Assembly: GCA_013416795.1 (NCBI GenBank)
Contig: RQSC01000027.1
Coordinates: 124,001-188,000, forward strand
Direction: 5' to 3'
Length of the DNA: 64,000 nucleotides
Source: Prasinococcaceae sp. CCMP 1430
Lineage: Eukaryota > Plantae > Prasinodermophyta
Shown here: in pieces, positions 22,125-31,064 of the stretch
Layout: the number at the start of each line of letters is the position of its first letter
Numbering within the stretch: position 1 is the first letter of the stretch
The notes under the pieces: model-generated
What the model saw: the letters and a program-made list of their open reading frames with translations, nothing else
Told to the model about the DNA's origin: nothing
The model's database searches: none
Made by a program: the position numbers and the translations under genes

Positions 22125-23620
22125 CTACGTCAGCGGCGACATGCGCGGGTAGTCCGCCACAACCTCGGCGCTCGAGAGAGTGTCGTTGACGTCCTGGGGC
22201 GTCCACAGAATCTCGACGGCCTGGAGCTGCTCCTGAGGTACGCCGGCCAGATTGGTCAGCGCTGTGCGCAGGTCCACACTCGCCTGCACCTTGGGCACGC
22301 TGACCTTGCCGCCCACGCTCGCGAGGATGGTCACCACTGTGCAGCAATGGCGAGCGCGTGCGCACAACGTGCGTGCGCATGCAGCGGAGGAGCGGCCGCG
22401 GGACTGCGGCGTCAGCGAGCAAGCAGTGCAAGGGCCGGGCGCCGCAGCAGCGCGTTGTGGGGCGCGGCCTCAGCCGGCGGCAGCGGAGCAGCTGCTGGCA
22501 CGCCACGCACCGATGTACTCGTTGCGCTCCCCGGACGCAGGAACCGGCGCCTTTGCCGTCCCCTTGCGCGCGTCCACATTGACGAGCGTCTCCTCCTCAA
22601 ACTTGGAGCGCTCCTCCAAGCTCAGGCGGTTGAAGCCCGCCTCGGCTTCGTCGATGGAGCGCACGACCTTCGAGTCGGCCGAAGCGTAGGTCCAGTAGTC
22701 CGGGTTGCGCAGCAGGCTCAAGCAGGCCTCCGTGAGCACGTAGCTCAGCCCGCGGGGACTCGACGTGTCCGCACGCGCCGCGATCATATCGAGCTCACGC
22801 TGCAGCGAGCGCGCGCTTCCCAGGAGCCCCACCTGCACGCGCAATACGGTCGACTTTGCGGACGAGGAGTAGGTCGAACCGCCGTCCGTGAGCGCGCCCC
22901 CGCTCATGTTTTGCGCGACGCCATAAATGACGGCCGCAAAGATGACCGTCTGCAGGAGCCCGCCTCCGCCGCCGAAGAAGCCGAAAGGCATGAAGAAGGG
23001 GAAGAAGAAGCCGTTCGTGCGCATCACCGAGCCGGTGCGCGCGCGCGACAGAGCCCGCGCATCATGTGCTGGCGAACCGAATCGGAGGCCTCCGGCGCGC
23101 CTCGCGCGCCTGCTGGTGCGAAAGCCCCGCTCCCTGAATATGGATGACGAGTTGCTGGACCCGCCGCCGAACCCGCTGCCGCGGCTGGAGGAGCCGAACG
23201 ACGAGCTCGACCGCCGCGCAGAGAATGCGCGACCGCCGACGCGCCCGCCCGAGCGCGCGGCGTGGGCGGGCCCGGCGCTGAGCGCGAGCACCGATGCGGT
23301 GACGCGGCGGCCGCCGCCGGCGCAGCGGGCGCGCCGCCGCGTGGCATGATGAGCATGGCGCCTCGAGGCGCCCCTGAGGCTGAGGTGGGATGGGGGGGTG
23401 CGCCCGCGCGTGTGGAAGGGATGGGGGGCGCGGGGGGGGGGGCGCACAGAGTGTGGCATACCTGCACGCAGTCGGGCGGCAGCTTCTTCCCGCGACATGG
23501 CTTTGCTATTTGACAAACAAGCGTCCCAATTCACGGACGCAGATTTCGCAGCGCGAAGGAGCGCCAAACGGCGGCGCGGCCCGCGGGATGGTGCGGCGGC
23601 TGGTGGCACAGGGCCGCTCA
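22125..23620 (-). CDS. FLAP1: FLAP1 / DUF1517 chloroplast membrane protein (5' structure unresolved)
   Basis: ARSGGRVGGRAF plus an S/G-rich stretch, TM segment FFMPFGFFGGGGGLL, VQVGLLGSARSLQRELD.IA..ADTS, LTEACLSLLRNPDY, FNRLSLEERSKFEEETLVNV and EYI|VVTILA...AVEILWTPQ..DTLS. The intron 22510-22337 joins in frame. Confidence 0.88.
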
Positions 23621-23755
23621 GAGAGGGAGCGCTGCGAGCTCCCCTTCCCCCTCCTCCTCCCTCCCCTTGCCTCTCCTCTCCCTCGCCTTCCCGACGCGCC
23701 GACGCGCGCGCGCGTGCGCGCGCGCCGACAAGCTGACGCCCCACGTCGGGGCAGC

Positions 23756-25254
23756 ATGGGAGGCGGCGGGGGTGTGCCGCCCGGCGGCAGTGGCGCACCG
23801 GCCCACCCGCCGCACCGCTACTCGGTTGCGCCAATGCTCGAGTGCACCGACCGCCACTTTAGGTTCCTCGCGAGGCTCCTCACGAAGCGCACGCAGCTGT
23901 GGACAGAGATGGTGAAGGACGACGCTGTCATCCACGCTGAGGACAAGATCCTTGCGTCGTCTGCCTGCGAGCAGCCAGTCGTGTTGCAGTTGGGAGGCCA
24001 CGAGCCGGAGCGCCTCGCACTCGCGACCAGGGCCGCAGCGAGGGCGCGCTGGCCCTATTACGAGGTCAACTTGAACTGCGGCTGCCCGTCTGAGCGCGTG
24101 CAGACATTCTCGTTCGGCGCGGTGCTCATGCTGAACGCCAAGCTCGCCGGCGAATGCATGGCCGCCATCGGTGCGGCGCTGCCCACAGGTGCGATGGCGC
24201 GGCATGGGCGCGTGGGAGCGCGCCGCCTTGCGCATCACGAGCTTTCCCTGACGCGCGCATCTGACGCGTGTGTTCCGGCTGCGCCGCGCGTGAATCGGCA
24301 GACCGCGATATGGCACACACAGTGAAGTGTCGGCTGGGCGTGGACGACATGGACAGCTACGAGGAGCTGCTGAATTTCGTCGACACCGTACACGACATGG
24401 CGGGCGTCACGAGGTGGTACGTGCACTCACGCAAGTGCCTGCTGCATGGACTTTCGCCCCACCAGAACCGCACCGTGCCGCCGCTGCGGTACGAGTGGGT
24501 GTATCGCCTGGCGAGGGAGCGGCCGCAGCTTGAGGTCATACTCAACGGCGGTGTGCGCACAAACAAGGAGGCGCTGGAGCACCTGGCGCGCGCGCCAATC
24601 GCCGGCGTCATGCTCGGACGCGCGGCCTACCACACGCCGTGGGACACGTTGGCGAGCGCCGACTGGGAGGTCTTTGGTGAGCCGCCGCCACCGGAGGAGG
24701 AGCGCACCACGCGACGGCGAGTGATTGCGACGTACTGCGAGTACGGTGACGCGCAAATTGCAGAGGCGGTGGCGGCGGGCGGAAGTCCGGGCGAGGTCCA
24801 TTCGCTCGCGCACTCCATCTGCAAGCCCGTCAAGGAGCTCTTCGCCAACGAGCTGGGCAAACGCTGGTTCGGACTGAGCGTGCATGAGTCGCTATGCGCG
24901 TGGAGAGAGGACGCCCAAGCAGCCAAGCGCGCGGGCCTCTCTGCCACGCCCGGCCATTCCATCACGGGCGTGCTCGAGAAGGCCATGAGGGATTTCGCAA
25001 GCTACAAATGGTGTGCTGAGGCGCTCGACTCGCCCGCGGGGCTCGACCGCGACGAGCGCAGGCGGCGGAGAAAAGCGGTCGAGGCGGCAAAGGCGGGGGC
25101 GGCGGAGGACAGCTCAGGGCAAGCGGAGCTCGGGCCCGAGCGAGGGGTGCCGGGGGAAGGCCCCGACGATGAGGAAGGCGTCGAGGGCGACGAGCACCTG
25201 AACCTCGAGAGCGACCCGCGGTGTCCGGCATGCGACGGTGCACTCGGTATATAA
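23756..25254 (+). CDS. dusA: tRNA-dihydrouridine synthase, DusA-like, 2 exons
   Basis: SVAPMLECTDRHFR, LWTEM, VLQLGG, EVNLNCGCPS (catalytic Cys), T|VKCRLGVDD, VHSRKCLL.GLSPHQNRTVPPLRY, LNGGV and VMLGRAAY. Intron 24189-24322 joins in frame. Confidence 0.9.
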
Positions 25255-25320
25255 ATTACTGTACTGTACAGTGTATACATGTATTACTGATTAAGGTCGC
25301 ATGAGGTTTTGGCGGGCGCC

Positions 25321-26127
25321 TCACTGCAGCCCTGCGGGCTTGGGTAGCCCGAGCGCGTCGCGGTAGCGCGTGGACGATTCGGAGATGATCACGACGGCGC
25401 CCATGACGCGCATCGTGCGCGGCACGAAGCCTGCGAAGATACCCGACCAACCGCGCTCGCTGAGCGCGCTCTTGAACGCCGACGGGAAGGCCAGGTTGTA
25501 ATAAGCGCCTGAGCCCGGGTTGGCGGCTTGCAGCGTGCGTATTGTGTCGAATGGGTGGGACGATACCGCCGCTGCTATCCCCGCGAAGAGGCCCGCACCC
25601 AACTTGGTCCAGCCAGGATTGGCCCTGCAGGTCTCGGACGTGGCCAAGAGGTGCTCCCTGAGCACGGGCGCGACGCCCATGTAACAGCCCACATAGATGG
25701 CGTCGCGCACCGCAGCTGACTCGAGCCCTCGAAAGAGCGCGCGCACGCCGTGCTGCCGCGCGACATCCACAGCCGTGCCCATGAGGGTGCCGCCGTGCTT
25801 CTGCTGCTGCAGCATGACCAGCTCGGCGGGCGTCGCGATGAGCGCGCTCGTCGCGCCACCCGCGGCGGCTGCAGCGAGGCGCTGCCCAGGCGAGGGCTCA
25901 CCACTCATTCGCTCCGCCAAGTCGCACAGCGCAAAGTTGACCGCGAACTGCGTGGCGTTGGTGGGCGCGATGGACGCAGCGTTGACGAACACGCCCCGGT
26001 ACATCTGCGGCCCCCACGGTCGCGGCCTGCCCTCCTGCATTGCGTTCTTCCAGGCCACCGTCGGCTGCTGGATGAACACCTCGGTCACGCCTGCCATCGC
26101 GCCGACCATCGACTCGGCCCATGCCAT
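25321..26127 (-). CDS. Mitochondrial carrier family (SLC25) protein
   Basis: Three carrier repeats with PxExxK-like signatures (QPTVAWK, TPAELVM, HPFDTIR) and MYRG, LFRG, IFAG linkers. The start may lie further upstream. Confidence 0.85.
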   Translation of the reverse strand: MAWAESMVGAMAGVTEVFIQQPTVAWKNAMQEGRPRPWGPQMYRGVFVNAASIAPTNATQFAVNFALCDLAERMSGEPSPGQRLAAAAAGGATSALIATPAELVMLQQQKHGGTLMGTAVDVARQHGVRALFRGLESAAVRDAIYVGCYMGVAPVLREHLLATSETCRANPGWTKLGAGLFAGIAAAVSSHPFDTIRTLQAANPGSGAYYNLAFPSAFKSALSERGWSGIFAGFVPRTMRVMGAVVIISESSTRYRDALGLPKPAGLQ

Positions 26128-26599
26128 CACGAGCGGCCACGCCGGCGCGGACACGCGTGCGCCCTCGCCACAAACCGCCCCCGCCCCCTTGCGGCAGCTC
26201 ACCGGCTCTCACCGTGCTCGTACGGTCCGCCCGCGGACCCCGCGGAGCGCCCCGCGGGCCCGAGGCGCGGCACTGCGTGGGGTCGCCTCTCTTACCCCTC
26301 CTCCCTCTCCTTCCCTCTGCTGCACAGCCCGTTGCCCTGCGCCCCCGGCCCCTTCCCCCTGGCCGCGTCCGCAGCGCAGGGTGTGGCGCCGCCGCCGCGC
26401 ACCGCGGCAGCCAACAGCCCCACAGGCGCTCCCGGCGCCCACTCCATACCCCCTTTCGGTTTGGGGTGCCGCAGTCCGCATCACGACTCTGTCGGTCGAG
26501 TGATGATGCGATTGGCGATCTGATGGGGATGGAATGATGGGGTGTTTAGGATACAGAACTCCCGCCCACTCCGAGCTTGCCATGCCTCATCTCCAGCGT

Positions 26600-26625
26600 A
26601 AACCCTAATGTATCGCTACCCTAAA
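26600..26625. promoter_or_regulatory. Telo-box (AAACCCTAA) plus a degenerate copy in a divergent promoter
   Basis: AAACCCTAA at 26600-26608 and TACCCTAAA at 26617-26625, in an AT-richer patch between the carrier and BRCT starts. Confidence 0.45.
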
Positions 26626-26971
26626 AGCTGAACTTTTTTTGAACACTCGAGCAGCGCGCGGCACGGCGCTTTGATGGCGCAGTGCGCGGCGGCGCGCCAC
26701 ACCACAGGGGGGTGGCACTGATCAGGGGGTGAGGGGAGGTGTGTGCGACGGTGTGTGTGGTGGTGGTGGTGGTGGGGAGGGGGCGGGGCGAGGCGAGTGG
26801 GTGGGAATTTTGCGTTGGTGGGTGTTGGTACATTCGGGCGGCTTGACGCCCGCTTCCTCCTTGTCTCCGCCGCCGCCGCTTGCAGCGTTGCGACCGCGGG
26901 GCAGAGGCGGCGGTAGGCGCTCAGGACAGGGCGGGGGGCGGTGTTGGCTGACGCCTGCAGGGTGGGCTAGA

Positions 26972-27947
26972 ATGCCCGCGACGCCGCAGACGGCCGTGCG
27001 CAGCGCGCGCCGCGTCGTGCCGTCGGCTACGGGCGGCGCGACGCCGAACGTCTTCGAGGGGCTGCGATTCTGCGTGTGCGAGCCGACGGGCCAGGAGGGT
27101 GAGGAAAACAAGGTGCGTGGTGGGCGCTGCGTGCGACACGACAGGTTAGGCATGTGCACCAGTACCGTCGCGTGCTGACGATCTGCTCACTCACACGGTG
27201 CATTGGTCGGCCTGCGCCATCTGTTGCGCCGCACGGTCTGCGCAGGAGCGCACCTCGATCATCCGCGTCATCGAGCAGCTGGGCGGAGAGTGTGTTGGTT
27301 CCAACTCGTGGGACACCGAGAGCACGTTCTCTCACGCATGCACGCACGTGGTGGTGCTCACGCAGGAGCATGCGTCATTTGCTCTGGGCCAGGATGCGAA
27401 CAAGGCGCTCGTGACGCCCGTGTGGGTGGAGGACTGCTCGCTCGCAAAGAAATTGTTGCCGGCGTGGCCCCAGCCCGTGGAGAAACCATGGCACCGCCCG
27501 CTCATCAGCCGCGAGCCGCCGGCGGCGATGCGCAGGCTCGTGATCGCGCAGACAAACTACCGTGGCGCGGCTAAGAATGACGTGGAGGACATGGTGCGCA
27601 TCCTGGGTGCAACCTTCACCACCACTCTGTCCATGTCGAACACGCATCTCGTGTGCAGGGAGTACCACGGCGCGAAGTACGAGAAAGCCATCCAGTGGAA
27701 ACTCAAGATGGTCAACCACAGGTGGCTCGAAGACTGCCTTTGGCACTGGCAGAGGCTGCCTGAGGAGCCCTACGCGAGCATGTGCGGCACACAGGTGGAA
27801 GAGGCTGAGGGGCCTCGGCTGTTCCGCGCGGTTGCGCCGTCGCAGTCGGTCGAGCTGCAAGAAAATCTGCGCGAGCTGCGGAAGAATTTGCGTGATGTCG
27901 AGCTCGACGGCTGGATGTTCGACGCACCACGGACGGTGGCGCGCTGA
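26972..27947 (+). CDS. Tandem BRCT-domain protein, 2 exons
   Basis: VFEGLRFCV...|ERTSIIRVIEQLGG...CTHVVV...LVTPVWVEDC is BRCT1. LVIAQTNYRG..K...EDMVRILGATFT..LS..NTHLVC....GAKYEKA..WK..MVNHRWLEDC is BRCT2. Intron 27113-27245. Confidence 0.88.
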
Positions 27948-28036
27948 GTCGCGCAGGTGTGCTTTCGCGGGGGCGCCCGATGAATGTGATACATATTGTA
28001 CATCTCCGAGTCTGCGCGCGCGCGCCCCTGGATGCT

Positions 28037-28709
28037 CTACAGCGCGCGTTCCCCGAACTTCATCCCTGCCGTGGGAGAGAGAGAGCGCGCACGTGGCAAT
28101 GCGGCGGCAGGCAGTCAGTATCCATCCGAGCGCGCGTGTGATGAATGCGTGCATCGCGGACGTACCGAATTCGAAGCCCAAGTCGCGATAGAGCCGCTCG
28201 GCCCCAGCATTGTGAGTGAGCACCTCGAGCGTGGCCTTGGTCGCGCCTCGCCTGCGGCCCTCCTCCATCGCGGCCTCCAGCAGCAAACGCCCAACGCCTT
28301 GCTTCCTGTGCGATGCCACCACGTGCAGGTCGTGAACGTTGAGCACGGGGCCGACTTTGAATGTTGAGAACGACATGACGCACGTCGCGTGACCGATCGC
28401 CTCGCTGCCGTCCTCTGCAAGCACCACAAATACGTGTCCGTGCGCTCGCATAGCTGGCACCAGCGCTTGTAGGTGCTCATCTGCGAGCGGTTCGCCGTCG
28501 CGGCCACCGCACGGGTCGGTGGCGTACAGGTTTGTCAGACGCACGACCGCATCCGCGTCTCCTGATTTGGACAGGTCCGCGACGCGCGTCCTGCACACGG
28601 CAGCGCACACAGGGCGCCGCTGGCTGCGTGCAGGTGCTGAGAGCGCGGCCACCGCGCGCGTTGCCGCACTGCGCACAGCGCGCGGCAGCCGCGGGGCGCA
28701 AAGACGCAT
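28037..28709 (-). CDS. GNAT-family N-acetyltransferase with N-terminal transit peptide, 2 exons
   Basis: LNVHDLHVVASHRKQGVGRLLL (motif A, R/QxxGxG) and TLEVLTHNAGAERLYRDLGF (motif B). Intron 28165-28066 gives the C-terminus GMKFGERAL-stop. Confidence 0.85.
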
Positions 28710-29055
28710 CGCTGAGTGGCGCGGCTGGCGACGGCCAAGCCGGCAGAGCGCGCACCGCGAGCACCGTGGGGGCGCCCGTGTTGTGGTCACTCGACGGCCG
28801 CGCATAGAGGACGAGGAACCGGGAAATGCCGAAACGGCCGTTGCGTGTCTCGAGCGCCGTCTTCCCAGGCCAGCAAATTGTGCGCTAGGAGTGGAGCGCT
28901 CAATTCTACTGGCCACGAGGCAGTGCGTCCGCGTCCGCACTGCTGGGCATCCTCGGCGTGCGCAGAGCGCGCTCGCGCGCATACAGCCTCACGAAAGCGG
29001 GCTGGGGCCGGGAGGGTGGGGGCGGGGATGGGGCCGACATTGAGCACACTGTCTC

Positions 29056-30267
29056 TTATACAGCATCGGTAGAAGACGAAGTGAGGTGCTCCAGCAGCCC
29101 CAGGCAGCTCTCCAACTCTCCCTTCGGGAAGGAACCGAACGTTATGTGAAGAGGCTCTTCGCCCTCATCGTCTCCGTCATCGTCTGTGCTGAGGACGACG
29201 CGAAGCGTGTCGCCCGCTCCGGCATCACGAGCTCGCTGGCGCTCCACGCGTGCGATCTGCGCGTGCTCTACGACAAGGGGCAACTTCCTTCCTCGTTCCT
29301 CCACGTTGAAAGCCGTGTGCCTGTCTGTGACGTACATCGTCCCGGCAAACGCCATTTGAATGTCGGGCGTGTAGTCGTTGTGTGAACATGTGTAGGTTTG
29401 GACCAGCTTCGCCGGAAAAGCCTCGATGACGCGCTCGGATGGGCTGAGGCCGAAGACGTCCACCAAGACGCGCTGCTCATCGCGCGAAGGGGGCGCCGCC
29501 TGCGCAGGTGCGCGCTCAGGCGTCGCCTGGTGGGTTTGCATGGCCGTGGCTTCGGGCTCGGGCTCCACCGCCGCGCCGAACCACGAAGAGAGCGACGACA
29601 CGAAGGCTCCAGCGCCGCTACTGAGCTCGTTGCCGAGCTCGCTGAGGTCGTTGGTGATCTTGTCCGCGACATCTTGTGCTGCCTCGACAGTGCGACCGGC
29701 CACCTCGGAAATTTCACGAACGAGCTCTTCAGGATCGGGGAGCTCAGCCCCTGCCGCTTGCACGTAGTCCTCGCCAGAGTATTCGTAGGCATAGCCGTCC
29801 TGCGGCGCCGGGCCTGGCCGTGGAGCGGCGTCCTCAGCGGCACCATCATCGCGACCACCAGGTACCTCGGTTTCGCTCGGTTCGCCAGCACCCTCTCCTT
29901 CTGCGGCCTGCGCACGATCAGAGCTGCCTCCTAGCCTCTCGCCACCTACCTCGTGGAGAGAGGCATCCCCGCTCGCCACGGCACGAGAAGCGTCGTCAAT
30001 CGCATCGCCTGCGCTTTCGCCCTTGCCCGTCGCGCCCCCCACCTCCCCGTCCGTGGTAACAGCCAGCACAACCGGCGAAGGCTCTGTACGCCCAATGTGC
30101 TGCTCCGTCCCCTTGTCCGCTTGCGCGTGCTGTTCCTGCCCTAGCGCCTCCAGCTGCTCGGCGTCGACCGGCATGCTACTCGCACTGTCGGCAGCAGGCG
30201 TGGCGGCCTCCTCCGCACCCGCTTCGCTGCTGGCACTTGCTCGCGAGTTCTTCCGCCGCTTCCCCAT
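29056..30267 (-). CDS. Acidic low-complexity protein with C-terminal GRAM/PH-like domain
   Basis: FGLSPSERVIEAFPAKL...FAGTMYVTDRHTAF...LVVEHAQIARVER fits a GRAM pattern. The N-terminal two thirds are E/A/D-rich and predicted disordered. Confidence 0.65.
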   Translation of the reverse strand: MGKRRKNSRASASSEAGAEEAATPAADSASSMPVDAEQLEALGQEQHAQADKGTEQHIGRTEPSPVVLAVTTDGEVGGATGKGESAGDAIDDASRAVASGDASLHEVGGERLGGSSDRAQAAEGEGAGEPSETEVPGGRDDGAAEDAAPRPGPAPQDGYAYEYSGEDYVQAAGAELPDPEELVREISEVAGRTVEAAQDVADKITNDLSELGNELSSGAGAFVSSLSSWFGAAVEPEPEATAMQTHQATPERAPAQAAPPSRDEQRVLVDVFGLSPSERVIEAFPAKLVQTYTCSHNDYTPDIQMAFAGTMYVTDRHTAFNVEERGRKLPLVVEHAQIARVERQRARDAGAGDTLRVVLSTDDDGDDEGEEPLHITFGSFPKGELESCLGLLEHLTSSSTDAV

Positions 30268-31064
30268 CGCGAGAGGCACGAGCGGCGGTCGGCAAGCGCG
30301 CGCGCGTGGCGGGCGGCGCAGCGGCGGGGGGGGCTATCCTCTTGGCCTCGGCCCCGTCCGCTCGCGTGCGGCGGCGCTCCCCCTGTGCGGCAGCAGCGCT
30401 CGGCCGAGCGTCGCGAGGCGCGCGCGGTGTGCGCACCGGGCGGTCCCCGCGAATTCAAAAAAAAAAAAGGGTGGGGTGGGGGGGTGCGCGGGCACCAAAA
30501 TCGCATCACAAACGCAACCATCATCAGTCGGCTGTCTGCGTCCTGAATACTTCCTTTCGCGCCTCCTCTCCGCACTTTTGACCCGCGCGCGCGTGCTTGT
30601 GAGAACGGCGGGACGCATTTCGGGCCGCTCACCAGGCGCACAATTAAAAAAAGAGTCCGAGTGCGGGCGCTGGCCTGGCCGGCGGCGCGCGCTGCGCAGG
30701 CCGGCGGGGATGAACAGCCAGGGGATTCCATCCGAAATCCCGCGCCGCGCGCCGAGCGTTTCCGCGCGCGGATTTGCGGGTTCGGTCCGCGGCTTCAGGT
30801 CGCGGCGTGGGCTCCCGCGGGCGTCGGCGTTTCCCGTGTGCGTTTTTTTTTGTGTGTGTGAAGGTGCAAGCGCGTGTGCCGCGCGCGCGCGCCGCCTCGC
30901 GGGCCGCCGTCACGCGCCGCGCGGCGCCGCGTGGCGGCGGGCTCTCGACCACCCGCCGCCCCCCGTCCCCCTCTCCTCGCCCCGCAAGGGACGCGGGTGG
31001 GGAAGAGGGGGGCGAGCGCCGCGGGCTGCGCTCGCGCCCGTTCGCGCTGGTGCGCACGTGCGAC

